Shown: piece by piece, positions 29,008-38,672 of the stretch
Position numbering within the stretch: the first letter of the stretch is position 1
Layout: each line of letters begins with the position of its first letter
From: Candidatus Anstonellales archaeon
GTDB taxonomy: Archaea; Micrarchaeota; Micrarchaeia; Anstonellales; J096
Length of the DNA: 64,000 bases
Assembly (NCBI GenBank): GCA_038890615.1
Contig: JAWAFI010000001.1
Coordinates: 240,744-304,743 of the forward strand
Direction: 5' to 3'
Notes under the pieces: generated by a model
Databases searched by the model: none
Told to the model about the DNA's origin: nothing
Seen by the model: the letters and a program-made list of their open reading frames with translations, nothing else
Made by a program: the position numbers and the translations under genes

Positions 29008-29721
29008 TCAGTGGCCCAATGCCTTAAGGCAGTCAATCTTGTCCTGGCCTGTCAGGTATTCGCAGTAGGCTGCCTGGCTTCCGCTCTGGGCTGCCTTCAT
29101 TAGTGCGCTCATGTCGCAGACCTCTCCAGGGGTTGCGAACTTCTCATCTCCAAATGCAGCTTTCTCGCATTTGTATTCAACAGGAGGCATGTCCATGTCA
29201 ACTCCCCCTACATCAGATTCATCAGAGCTGGCTTCAGTTTTCATTTCCTCTAGGTTGTAATATAGCCAGTAGCAATTCTTATTTCCGATAGGCATTGTTT
29301 CCCCCATGTGCAGGTATAGGTCTTTCTGGTTGTTCTTGAGCACCTCTGAAAAATCAACCTTTTCGCCCTGCGAAATAGTATAGCCATCCATCCTTATGTC
29401 CTTGCCTTTCATGTACATCTCAACATAAGTTTCCCCTCCTTCAAAGCGGTACCTGACTGTGCACTTTATAGGCGCTCCCATTGCTGCAAACGCTTCTAGG
29501 TCCCAGGTGCTGAATTGGTCCTGCCCTCCTGCTGAGCCTGAGCCGCTTCCTCCTGCCCCAGAGCCGCCTGTGCTCCCTCCTCTTCCTTGGCCTGTGTTAC
29601 CTCCGAAAAGCCCTCCTATGTCTTTGTTCTCTGAGCCGCCTGTTTGATTGCCTCCTCCTGGCAAAGTGCAGCCATAGAGCATAAGCATCCCCACAAGCAA
29701 CAATGCTATTGTAGCCCTCAT
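29008..29721 (-). CDS. Putative lipoprotein
   Basis: MRATIALLLVGMLMLYG-C lipobox, Gly/Ser linker, Cys-containing globular domain. Confidence 0.7.
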   Translation of the reverse strand: MRATIALLLVGMLMLYGCTLPGGGNQTGGSENKDIGGLFGGNTGQGRGGSTGGSGAGGSGSGSAGGQDQFSTWDLEAFAAMGAPIKCTVRYRFEGGETYVEMYMKGKDIRMDGYTISQGEKVDFSEVLKNNQKDLYLHMGETMPIGNKNCYWLYYNLEEMKTEASSDESDVGGVDMDMPPVEYKCEKAAFGDEKFATPGEVCDMSALMKAAQSGSQAAYCEYLTGQDKIDCLKALGH

Positions 29722-29752
29722 GCCTTCTCTTAGGCAGAATACAATTAAAAAC

Positions 29753-30217
29753 TTAAGGGTTTGAGAAGCGCTTCGCAAGCAAGTAACCAAAATCAAAGCA
29801 CGCTATGCCTATAAAATAATGAAGCTCATTGTAAAGAGGGAGCGCAGCAACAATCAGCAGGGGCCTATGCCCAATCTTTGCGTCAATGATCTCATCAGCC
29901 CAAGCAGCTGCAATAAAGTAGGCGACAAGAGGCATATTTAGGTTAGCAATGGCTATTGCAGCTAATGATAGCGCGAACGGAACCATATGCTCCTTTGCAT
30001 CTATCTTCCCTGCAAATGCCTGAGCCATAGTTGCCCCTGCCCAAAGGGATGAAACAGGGCTGAAAACTATCATCGCAGCTGAGATTATTCCATAAATTAG
30101 CCCAGCCAAAACGCTCCTGGTCTCATCAGCAAATTTCACCAAGAAGCCTTGGGCAAGTGCAAGTATGAAGTAGTTAGAAGAAATAAGAGTAGAGAAGAGG
30201 GAAAATAATTGTTGCAT
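29753..30217 (-). CDS. Hypothetical membrane protein
   Basis: Multiple TM segments; KFADE, GKID..H motifs. Confidence 0.6.
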   Translation of the reverse strand: MQQLFSLFSTLISSNYFILALAQGFLVKFADETRSVLAGLIYGIISAAMIVFSPVSSLWAGATMAQAFAGKIDAKEHMVPFALSLAAIAIANLNMPLVAYFIAAAWADEIIDAKIGHRPLLIVAALPLYNELHYFIGIACFDFGYLLAKRFSNP

Positions 30218-31088
30218 CCCCGTACACCGTTACCTTATCTGCCTTTGCGCCTATCTTGCCCCATGACACTGCCTCCTCTGCCTTTGCGCCGCTAAGGCTG
30301 CCATCCCATTCGCTTGCTGTTGTAACATAAACTGCATAGTCCAATCCCCCTCTTAATATGTTGGAGGCTATTGTATAGTGTTTTGAAATGCCCCCTCCAA
30401 GCACAACCGCCCCTGTCCTTTCAGCATTTAGCACAATGCCAGCAAGCATTTCCATATCCCTCGCCACATCGATGCCAAAAGCCCTGTCGCGTTGCTTGTT
30501 GAAATATACCTGAAGGCCAAGAGCAGAATCAACTATGCCTGGGCTGAAAACAGGTATTTTGTTTTTGTGCGCCCACATCAAGAAGGAATCGCTGTCTTTT
30601 ATCATTGAGCCTGCCCCTGCTATAAGCTCTGATGGGGAAACCACTTTCCCCTTGAGCCTGGCAAAAAGCTTCTTTGCGAACTGCTCCAAGTATTCATAGC
30701 ACTCATTGCCTATCTCTATGTTGCCAAGCCTGTTTATCCCTTTCCTGTGAAGCTCTGCATCGCTTCTGCCAGTATAAAGCTTGTATCTTTTTGATGCCCT
30801 TATTATGTCATGGTCTATTGAGCCGCCTGCAGTTATTATTGCATCAACCCTTTTCTCCTTGACTATCTCGGCAATAAGGGGCCTCAGCCCTGTTGCAACA
30901 AGATTTGAGGTGAAGGCAAGGAAAACTGTTGCTTTGCTCTTTTCCATCCTCTCTATTATTTCCATCGCAGCCCTAAGCGAGCTTGACTGGAACCCTGCGT
31001 TTGGCCACTTCTTCTTTTCCTTAAGCGCATCCTTGTCAAAATCTTCAACATCCATAACTAGGTTTGGCGATAGGTTTAAAAAAGCCAT
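30174..31088 (-). CDS. dys: Deoxyhypusine synthase
   Basis: GFQ, FTSNL, GGGISKH, DGSLSGA..EAVSWGKI, DATI. Confidence 0.96.
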   Translation of the reverse strand: MAFLNLSPNLVMDVEDFDKDALKEKKKWPNAGFQSSSLRAAMEIIERMEKSKATVFLAFTSNLVATGLRPLIAEIVKEKRVDAIITAGGSIDHDIIRASKRYKLYTGRSDAELHRKGINRLGNIEIGNECYEYLEQFAKKLFARLKGKVVSPSELIAGAGSMIKDSDSFLMWAHKNKIPVFSPGIVDSALGLQVYFNKQRDRAFGIDVARDMEMLAGIVLNAERTGAVVLGGGISKHYTIASNILRGGLDYAVYVTTASEWDGSLSGAKAEEAVSWGKIGAKADKVTVYGDATIIFPLLYSYFF

Positions 31089-31103
31089 TAGCTTAGCTTT
31101 AGC

Positions 31104-31781
31104 ATGAGTTGGGTAGTTATATCCTTAGGAGGCAGCGTGATCAACGCAACAGGAACCCCAAACACCGAGTTTCTCAAGGAATTCGCCAAAATGCTCAAGC
31201 CTATAAAGCGCAATGTTGCAGTTGTTTGCGGAGGGGGGAAGATAGCAAGGGATTACATAAAGGCAATAATATCACTGGGAAAAAACTACTTTGCAGCAGA
31301 CCGCATAGCCATTGAAGAGACAAGGAAGAATGCAATGCTGGTGCAGGAAGCAATAGGGTCAGCGTGCTATCCTAATGTGGTGACAAGCTATGAAGAGGCG
31401 CTCCTTGCATCATCAAAGTATTCCCGCCTTGTAATGGGCGGCATGGTGCCTGGCATAACCACTGATGCCTGCGCAGCAGTGCTTGCAGAGGCTCTGCACG
31501 CAGAGAGGCTTGTGAATGTCAGCAACATAGATGGCGTATATACCTCAGACCCAAAGAAGGACAAGAATGCAAAAAGGATAAAGGAGATGACGCATGAAAA
31601 AATGGTAAAGATGGCCATTGAGCAGGATTTGAGGAGGGCAGGGGAGCATTTTGTGTTTGATTTGCTAGCATGCAAGATAGCTGAAAGGAGCAATATAGAG
31701 CTTCGCTTTGTAGACAGTAAGATAGGGGCAATAAAGGATGCAATAGAAGGCAAGTCAGCAGGAACGACGGTGAAAGGCTGA
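31104..31781 (+). CDS. pyrH: UMP kinase (archaeal)
   Basis: SLGGS, VCGGGKIARDYI, PGITTD, DGVYTSDP, FDLLA. Confidence 0.95.
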   Translation: MSWVVISLGGSVINATGTPNTEFLKEFAKMLKPIKRNVAVVCGGGKIARDYIKAIISLGKNYFAADRIAIEETRKNAMLVQEAIGSACYPNVVTSYEEALLASSKYSRLVMGGMVPGITTDACAAVLAEALHAERLVNVSNIDGVYTSDPKKDKNAKRIKEMTHEKMVKMAIEQDLRRAGEHFVFDLLACKIAERSNIELRFVDSKIGAIKDAIEGKSAGTTVKG

Positions 31782-32326
31782 TGCTAAAGGAAAGGAAGAG
31801 GCTTCTGGCATATTTGAAGAAAAAGGAGGCAGCAGTTTATAAGGCGGATTTGCTTGGGAGGGAAATAGTGAGGGAATGTGGGTCTGCTATAAAGGACCTA
31901 CATGCAGGAAGGGTTGCAGGAGCTGAAAAGAAGAAGGATGGGATTGAAAAGAAGGTAAAGGAGCTGAAAAAGCTTGACCGAAGCGAGTACAACATAGCTT
32001 TCCAAGAGTACGCAGAGCTTTGCATAATAATAAGCATATACAAGAAAATGAGCATTCCAAGCATCAAAGAAATTGGAGTAAAGGAGGAAAGCTACATCCT
32101 CGGGCTCCTTGATGCAACAGGGGAGATGAAGAGGTACATGTACAACCTTCTTATGAAAGGGGATATTGAAAAGGCAAAGAAGGTTTTTGCTATAATGGAC
32201 GGCCTTTTCAGCGACCTTTCTGAATTTTGCTTCTCTGACCGCATCCTGCCAAACTTCAGGCCAAAGCAGGATGCTTTCAGGATACAGCTGGAGCAGGCAA
32301 GGGCAGAGATGCTAAGGTGGCTCTAA
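31781..32326 (+). CDS. Translin/C3PO family protein
   Basis: QEYAE and YILGLLDATGEMKR motifs. Confidence 0.85.
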   Translation: MLKERKRLLAYLKKKEAAVYKADLLGREIVRECGSAIKDLHAGRVAGAEKKKDGIEKKVKELKKLDRSEYNIAFQEYAELCIIISIYKKMSIPSIKEIGVKEESYILGLLDATGEMKRYMYNLLMKGDIEKAKKVFAIMDGLFSDLSEFCFSDRILPNFRPKQDAFRIQLEQARAEMLRWL

Positions 32327-32721
32327 TGGTGCTATGCATAGTAGCTTTTGTAGTTGCAGCTTTCTTATCCCTATTCTCTATGCGTTACAGAGAGATCGCC
32401 AAAGAGGCCCTTGATTGCTCCCTTAGGATGATGACGCTTAGGAAATGCGAAGGTACTGCTGAGAACAAGCTAAGGGCTGCTGTTTTCTCTTCCATCTCAA
32501 AATACAACAAGGGGCTTGCTGCATTTGTCTTTGCAAACTTCCCAGTCCTCTCTTTGCTTTTTACCTTATTGCTAATTGCCTCATCTGCCTATGCTCTCTA
32601 CTCAATAATGAACTTAATAGTATATGGCACCTGCGATCCAAATAGTGGCAGTTGCCTCTTCAATATTATGAAGAATCAAACAGAATGCAACAACGCTACA
32701 CTGCTGATTAGCGGTATGTAA
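32317..32721 (+). CDS. Hypothetical membrane protein
   Basis: Two TM helices; Cys pairs (DC...RKC; GTCDP...C). Confidence 0.6.
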   Translation: MALMVLCIVAFVVAAFLSLFSMRYREIAKEALDCSLRMMTLRKCEGTAENKLRAAVFSSISKYNKGLAAFVFANFPVLSLLFTLLLIASSAYALYSIMNLIVYGTCDPNSGSCLFNIMKNQTECNNATLLISGM

Positions 32722-32722
32722 T

Positions 32723-33403
32723 TTATTGGCCAACAGACTCAAGAAGACTTGGATAGTTGGGAGGCATATTTTTAAGAAATACCACAACCTCTAAAGAAGG
32801 GTTTATGATGTTGTAGCGGGCTGGCAAACGAAGATAGTGAATTTTTATACCTTCCTCAAATTCTTGGCGGACAATCTTGCCACCTAAGAAGACTTGGAGG
32901 GTCATCTCCATGTCAGGCTTGACTACTATCCCTTCCATATAAGTGCGCTCCTTATTGTTATCGCGAGCATATGCAGACAGACCTATCATTTGAAACAATT
33001 CTTCTGGACGAAACTTTCCTTTTTCTATAGTAGGTATGGGAAAGAATAATATAGGGTCTATGTTTTCCACCATTATCTTGCCCTTTCTTAAATCAAATGA
33101 AAGCTTAATCTTTTCTTCTGAAGATACAAACACCTCTCTTTTTTTATCATATATATCAAAAACTGCATACCTACCAGGAAGGACATAAAAGATGGTGTGC
33201 TGTCTTTTCATATCTTCTGCGAATATAACATAATCTTGGGTTTCAAAACGTATATGTTTTCCATCCATTTTCTCTTCAACTACAACACGATCCTTAAGGA
33301 GCATATCCAGCTGTTTTTTATCAAGCGTATTTTTCAAAATGCGTTTTCCAAAGGGAATTCTTCCTAATTTAGGATAAACAATTTCTTTTTCTTTAGTAAT
33401 CAT
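32723..33403 (-). CDS. ATP-dependent RNA ligase family protein (Rnl2-like nucleotidyltransferase domain)
   Basis: YPK, motif I EEKMDG, motif III IFAE, IIIa FDIYD, IV EGIVVK, V KIVRQEF. Confidence 0.85.
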   Translation of the reverse strand: MITKEKEIVYPKLGRIPFGKRILKNTLDKKQLDMLLKDRVVVEEKMDGKHIRFETQDYVIFAEDMKRQHTIFYVLPGRYAVFDIYDKKREVFVSSEEKIKLSFDLRKGKIMVENIDPILFFPIPTIEKGKFRPEELFQMIGLSAYARDNNKERTYMEGIVVKPDMEMTLQVFLGGKIVRQEFEEGIKIHYLRLPARYNIINPSLEVVVFLKNMPPNYPSLLESVGQ

Positions 33404-33467
33404 ATAAAGCACCTTTATGTTTATGGATGCAAAGCTTTATTAATATATTCAAACACTTAAATATATC

Positions 33468-34010
33468 ATGAGAAACAAAATGGCTTACTCCGCTATGAAA
33501 AGCAACTTTAGCACTGTCAGAGTGCCAAAAATCCCCTCCGAGCCATTAAATGATAGGGCAATGCTGCTTTTCCTAATAGATACTTGTTATCTTATAGAAT
33601 TGTCAAAATCAAGCGTTGGTCTTTACAATTCATTGAAAAATCTTTCTAAGAAAGGAGAGGTAATAATAACAGAAGAAGTGGTGATGGAATTCCAAAGAAA
33701 TGCTCAAACAAAGAAAGATGTTAGAAAAAACGATGTAGCAGAGTTGTATAGGGCAATAAACGACAGGATTGTCACAAAAGAAAGAATTTGGGTTTCCCAA
33801 GAGGAGCATGCTAACCTTTCAAACAGAATGAAAGAATGCTCTGAAAAACATAATGAGCGCTTAGGTCAAGCTGATGCTTCTATCATCGTTCTAGCTGATA
33901 TCATGAAAGAACTTTATAGCAAGGTACTAATATTTAGCAAAGACAAGGACATAGAAACTCTTGCCCCTCCATCAACAGAGGTTGTTTTTTGCCATCCATC
34001 TTTCATATAA
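33468..34010 (+). CDS. PIN-domain ribonuclease
   Basis: LIDTCYL, ITEEVVMEF, LGQADASII, SKDKD acidic active-site pattern. Confidence 0.8.
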   Translation: MRNKMAYSAMKSNFSTVRVPKIPSEPLNDRAMLLFLIDTCYLIELSKSSVGLYNSLKNLSKKGEVIITEEVVMEFQRNAQTKKDVRKNDVAELYRAINDRIVTKERIWVSQEEHANLSNRMKECSEKHNERLGQADASIIVLADIMKELYSKVLIFSKDKDIETLAPPSTEVVFCHPSFI

Positions 34011-34127
34011 GCCATTACTCAGGAGCTAGTGAAACTAGTTAATAAAATAATTTGGTTGAACAATCTGCAATCTTTTTAATCTCTTCTTTATTAAACTCCT
34101 GAGTTAATAAATCCAATAGGTGAGAAA

Positions 34128-34592
34128 ATGGAGGTTATAGATGAGTTCAAGAAATTTGCCATGAGGGGGAATGTGCTTGACATGGCCATAGGTATTATAT
34201 TAGGTATTGCCTTTGGCGCCATAATCAACTCGCTTGTGAACGATGTATTGATGCCTCCTCTCGGCCTTGTGCTTGGGAATGTTGATTTCGCAAACCTTTT
34301 CATTGTGCTGAAAGAAGGCACAGCACCAGGGCCTTATGCATCTGTAGCAGCAGCAAAGGAAGCAGGGGCAGTTACAATAAACTATGGGGTTTTCATAAAC
34401 ACCATAATCAACTTCATCCTTGTTGCATTTGCTATGTTCATGCTAATAAAGGCAGTGAACAGAATGCAGAGAAAGGAAGAGCAGAAGGCTCCTCCTGCAC
34501 CAGCCCTTAAGGAGTGCCCGTACTGCATTTCGATGGTCTCGCTTAAGGCAACAAGGTGCCCGCAATGCACTTCTGAGCTTAAGAAGGCCTAA
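34128..34592 (+). CDS. mscL: Large-conductance mechanosensitive channel with C-terminal CxxC-CxxC
   Basis: EFKKFAMRGNVLDMAIGIILGIAFG...YGVFINTIINF; GGTGA RBS. Confidence 0.95.
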   Translation: MEVIDEFKKFAMRGNVLDMAIGIILGIAFGAIINSLVNDVLMPPLGLVLGNVDFANLFIVLKEGTAPGPYASVAAAKEAGAVTINYGVFINTIINFILVAFAMFMLIKAVNRMQRKEEQKAPPAPALKECPYCISMVSLKATRCPQCTSELKKA

Positions 34593-34605
34593 GCTCTAGC
34601 TTTTT

Positions 34606-35067
34606 TCACTTTTTGCTCGCAAGCGCAAAGGCTAATGCGCCCAAAGCAGCTAGCACTATGAGTCCTGATGAGCCAGGGCATATGCTCTCCGCCTCACCAC
34701 ATTTCATAGCTGCCTGCATAGCGCACCGGTCTGCTATTGAGTAGCACATCCTTGTACCCCCTTCCTGGCAATCGACCCTATCGTTTCCTGTTGATTCCTT
34801 ATTTACGCAAGACTGCAGTTCAGAGATGCATAGGTCCAAGGCATGGCATTCGCCAGCTGCATACTTTGCAGCCATTATTGGGTATTTAGTGCTTACGCAT
34901 GCAGTCCCTGCAGATCGCTTTGCGTTGTAGCAAGAGGGGTCCATCTTCCCTGATTCGTCAAATGGGCAGGAGCTGCAGGCCTGCACATAGGCATCTTCTG
35001 CACAATCTGCAAACGCTATCTGGAAAAGAACCAATGTTGCTAAAATTATAAAGAAAGGCCTTGCCAT
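34606..35067 (-). CDS. Cys-rich secreted protein with a C-terminal membrane anchor
   Basis: Signal peptide MARPFFIILATLVLFQIAFA; 13 Cys; C-terminal hydrophobic helix ending in KK. Confidence 0.7.
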   Translation of the reverse strand: MARPFFIILATLVLFQIAFADCAEDAYVQACSSCPFDESGKMDPSCYNAKRSAGTACVSTKYPIMAAKYAAGECHALDLCISELQSCVNKESTGNDRVDCQEGGTRMCYSIADRCAMQAAMKCGEAESICPGSSGLIVLAALGALAFALASKK

Positions 35068-35163
35068 GCTTATCTCTTTTTGGGTGGCATTAAAAAACTT
35101 GCTCTGGTTTTGCATAAAGCAGTGCTCTTACAAATAAAGTTTAGTGCAAAGATATAAACGTGG

Positions 35164-36076
35164 TGGAAACATAAACGACTTCAAAAAACAGATGCGCCTG
35201 TTGATTTGGATAAGACGAGCGCTTTCAAGCACACGGGTTTGCTGGTAGATGAGAGTCTGGAAAGCGTGGGAAGGGGGTTGCCAATGTTGAGCTAATGAAT
35301 AAGGCAATAAAAAACAAGGACCAGAAAGCTTTCAAGGTTATAAATGAGGCCTTCGAAAGATTGATAGAACAAATGAAGGGAGAAAGCAATGGCATAGATT
35401 GGAGCAAAATCAAGGAATTGAGCAATGATGACTGCTACCTAATGTTTGGGTTTGGCCGTTTCTACAGCCTTATAGGCCCAATTGAAAAAGCCATAAAATG
35501 CTTTCAGATGGGCTTAAGGGCACTGATCTAGAGTAATGGCAAAAAGAAGCCAGGGTATGACCCAAGCAACCTGTATGAAAATGTGGAGTTTGAAGGCATT
35601 AATACAGATGTCTTTAAGAGTGGCCTAAGAACAGATGAGTACAGAAACACTCTCCTAAATGTTTTTGTTGAAGCAGAGGGTTATGTTGGAACTCCGGGAA
35701 GAAAGAACAGGCGAAGAGACTTTGGATTAGATGAAAGGAAAAAAGAGGTTGCAGTTGAGACAGCCAAGCAAGAATACCTAAGAGGGGATTTTCTGCTCAG
35801 AAAAAGGCTCCAGGACCTTTAGGAATGGGAAAGGGGGCACAATGCAAGTGATGAGCTTGGATTGGATAATCAGGATATTAAGGAAGAAGCAGAGAACCTT
35901 TTCTCTTTGATTAAGCTTGTATATAAGCTTGAGAAGTGGTTTGACGGGTTATATACGGGTTATATTACAGGAAAATGTTGTTGGACCTTATTATGACCAA
36001 CAAGCACCTTAGCAGTTTTATACCTCAAGATGACCTAATGTTTCTCAGAATGGGCACTATCCCAAGGATAAGGTAG
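35164..36076 (+). pseudogene. Disrupted gene of unknown function
   Basis: One frame runs 35295-35990 across two in-frame TAGs (35529, 35820). An 11-nt tandem duplication ACGGGTTATAT (35944-35965) shifts the frame; removing it reopens the frame to TAG 36076. A further frameshift lies upstream. Confidence 0.6.
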
Positions 36077-36118
36077 GCGCATCGCAAGGCTTAAAAAGCC
36101 CTAGCTGCAATATTGGTA

Positions 36119-36234
<116 letters not shown>

Positions 36235-36239
36235 CTATA

Positions 36240-37295
36240 TTACTTTTTCTCAAAAAGGAGCAAGGTTTCCCTTGCTTTCTTCCTCTCCTTCCCAATGTGC
36301 ACAACCCTTTCTGCATAAACTGCTTTCCTAAGCATAAGCCCGATGCTTTCGCTTGCCTCAACAATGCGCTTGTCTACTTCTATTACATTGCCAGCAATTA
36401 CTGCGTTGCCCACCACGAGCGCGCATCTGCCCCCTCTTTTCAGAGAGGCCTCTATGCCATGCATCACCTTTTCCATATCACAAAAGTAATCAGAAACAGC
36501 ATCAGTTCCTTCTGCCTTTAGGTATGAGCGTATCTTTGTAGAAGGCTCTGCACCAAGAAGGCCTGCCTCCAAGCTGTATACTCTTTGGTAGTCAATTGCA
36601 TTTAAGTATGGTGGGGAGGTAAAAACCCAGTCAAACTCCTCTTGGAACCCAAGCATTCTTGCATCGCCCTCAACCACAGATGCCTTGCCTGTGCTTTTGC
36701 TTGCCCTTGCCTCTGCTATGAACCTTTTTGCCTTCCTCCTGAAAACATCCTTTGCAGGAAGGGCGCTCTTCCTTAAATCAGTGCGCAGGACCCCTCCGTC
36801 CTTCACAGCAAGGGAGCACTGCGAAACAGAGCTGAGAAGGGCAAGTAGAAGGATCTCTGCCCCGTCAAACCACTCTTTTGATATTTGCGCCCTTGCCCTA
36901 AGGAAGAAGCCCAAGTTCCTCTTTGGTATTGCTTTTTTTGGCTCCACTATTGCCTCCCATTTCCAGCAGAAGCCCATATCGCAGCAGCCAACCCTTGGGA
37001 TCAGCGCCTCTGCAGCAGAGAGCATATCGTCTGAATAGTTTTTTGTTTTTGCCTGGCCTATGAAAACAGCAAGCGGAAAGGCATCAATACCTAAAGCGGT
37101 TTGGCCATTGAGCTTGGCCCAAAGCGCTGTTGTTCCTGAGCCAGAGAATGGGTCTAATATTGAGCCTCTGGGCTTGAAAAGATCAAGCAGCTGAGGAGAA
37201 AAAGCCTCTTTGTAGTAGAACCAATTGTAGATAGGCAGCTTTTTTGCTCCTTCTGAAGTGAAAAGCTTAGCTATTTCCTTGTTCTTTTCCCACAT
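36240..37295 (-). CDS. Amino-(N4-C/N6-A) DNA methyltransferase, orphan
   Basis: WFYYKEAFS, motif I DPFSGSGTT, motif IV TSPPY. Confidence 0.88.
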   Translation of the reverse strand: MWEKNKEIAKLFTSEGAKKLPIYNWFYYKEAFSPQLLDLFKPRGSILDPFSGSGTTALWAKLNGQTALGIDAFPLAVFIGQAKTKNYSDDMLSAAEALIPRVGCCDMGFCWKWEAIVEPKKAIPKRNLGFFLRARAQISKEWFDGAEILLLALLSSVSQCSLAVKDGGVLRTDLRKSALPAKDVFRRKAKRFIAEARASKSTGKASVVEGDARMLGFQEEFDWVFTSPPYLNAIDYQRVYSLEAGLLGAEPSTKIRSYLKAEGTDAVSDYFCDMEKVMHGIEASLKRGGRCALVVGNAVIAGNVIEVDKRIVEASESIGLMLRKAVYAERVVHIGKERKKARETLLLFEKK

Positions 37296-37668
37296 CCAAG
37301 GCCTCCTTTGCAAGCATATCAGCCCTCCTGTTGCGCTCCCTGCTTATCCACTCAAAGCGCACTTCAGCCCCTGCGCAAAGCGAGAGTGCTTCCAAGTAAA
37401 GCTTCTTCAGCCTTGCCTCCTTTACTTTGTACTCCCCTTTGAGCTGTCGCACAACAAGCTGGCTGTCAGCCCTTATTACAACCTCCTTCTCCTTTAAGGC
37501 CCTTGCCCTCTTCAAAGCTTCAATGACAGCCAAATATTCTGCTTCGTTGTTTGTTCGCCTTCCTACATTCTTAGATATCTCTTCTATGATATTCCCGCCT
37601 TTCCACAAGGCAACCCCTATGCCTGCTTCCCTTCCGTCGCTTGCACCATCAGTGTAAGCATAGAGCAT
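37267..37668 (-). CDS. rnhA: Ribonuclease HI
   Basis: YTDGAS, TNNEAEY, DSQLVV.Q, WISRERNRRAD. Confidence 0.95.
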   Translation of the reverse strand: MLYAYTDGASDGREAGIGVALWKGGNIIEEISKNVGRRTNNEAEYLAVIEALKRARALKEKEVVIRADSQLVVRQLKGEYKVKEARLKKLYLEALSLCAGAEVRFEWISRERNRRADMLAKEALDVGKEQGNS

Positions 37669-37707
37669 ATAGATATTGTTTAAAAACAAATGCTATAAAC
37701 CTATCTT

Positions 37708-38199
37708 ATGGTAGTAGTAAACAAAAGTATCAGGAGGATAAGGATTGAGATATCTATAGTCGCAGTAATAGTTGCCTTCACTATAGTGCTGCTGAACAAT
37801 TTTGTCAAATTGCCTTTCCCTATATTTGCTGGCTCATTGGGAGCTGTAGCAGTATTGTGGGTTGCAGGCTGGTTCATCTCTGATTGGTACGCAAAAACCT
37901 TCATATTAGAGCTAAGGGAAGACGATGTAAGGTATACTAAGGGGGTTATTGCAAGGAAGCAGATAACGATACCTCTTGAAAAGATAATAAACCTAAGGGT
38001 TGATGAAAGGGGGCTGCTTGACAGGATTCTAGGGGAATGCACAATATCCATAGACAGCGCAGGCACAAGCGAAGTAGAGATAGTAATAACAGAGGTGCTC
38101 AGGGAAAAAGCTGAGGAGTTCAACCAAGAGCTAATGCTTAAGATGAAGAACATTGGAAAGGAGATGAAAAAGAAGGGAAAAAAGGTTGATGAGGCATAG
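37708..38199 (+). CDS. Membrane protein with a bacterial PH (bPH_2) domain
   Basis: Two TM helices then KGVIARK..IPLEKI...GLLDRILG..I.SAG. Confidence 0.8.
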   Translation: MVVVNKSIRRIRIEISIVAVIVAFTIVLLNNFVKLPFPIFAGSLGAVAVLWVAGWFISDWYAKTFILELREDDVRYTKGVIARKQITIPLEKIINLRVDERGLLDRILGECTISIDSAGTSEVEIVITEVLREKAEEFNQELMLKMKNIGKEMKKKGKKVDEA

Positions 38200-38629
38200 G
38201 ATTGAAGGAAATAAGGTAAAAAAGCTTGAGAGGTTAGGGGCAGGCATAAAAGAGGGGGAAGCTATTGTGCTCCATCCTGTTGAGGCATGCTACTTTGCAA
38301 GAGAAATAGGCATAAGCAAGGAGGAAGCCCTTGAGGAGGTAAAAAGGCTTGGGCTGATTGATGTGCTTAGGGTCTACGAGGACTTAAGGGCAAAAGGCTA
38401 TGTGCTCATGTTCCTTGGGGATGACATAAGGGTCCTTAGGAAAGGGTTCAGGAGAGGAGAGGACAGGTCATACGCAATAATCAGGGTTGTGAAGCCACAA
38501 GAAGAGACCTCATGGGAAGAGGTAAGCAAGTTTGTTGCATATGCAGCAGGGCTAAGGAAAAGCGCAGTGCTTGCTATTGTTGGGGATAAGATTCATTATA
38601 TAGGGCTTGGCACAATAAGGTTTGATTAA
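38189..38629 (+). CDS. endA: tRNA-splicing endonuclease subunit, probably structural (non-catalytic)
   Basis: LHPVEACY, VYEDLRAKGY, AAGLRKSAVLAIV; the catalytic Tyr and His positions appear substituted. Confidence 0.75.
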   Translation: MRHRIEGNKVKKLERLGAGIKEGEAIVLHPVEACYFAREIGISKEEALEEVKRLGLIDVLRVYEDLRAKGYVLMFLGDDIRVLRKGFRRGEDRSYAIIRVVKPQEETSWEEVSKFVAYAAGLRKSAVLAIVGDKIHYIGLGTIRFD

Positions 38630-38672
38630 AAATAACCGAAAAGAATTTTAAAGAAAGGGAAGAAATCATTCC

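Noticed and set aside
29520..29660. GC-rich repetitive stretch
   Set aside because: It encodes the Gly/Ser linker of a lipoprotein and is not an array.
35295..36076. Two in-frame TAG codons suggesting amber recoding (pyrrolysine or readthrough)
   Set aside because: The same gene has frameshifts, and TAG ends many intact genes here (e.g. nop10, htpX, 57356 gene); ordinary pseudogenisation is simpler.
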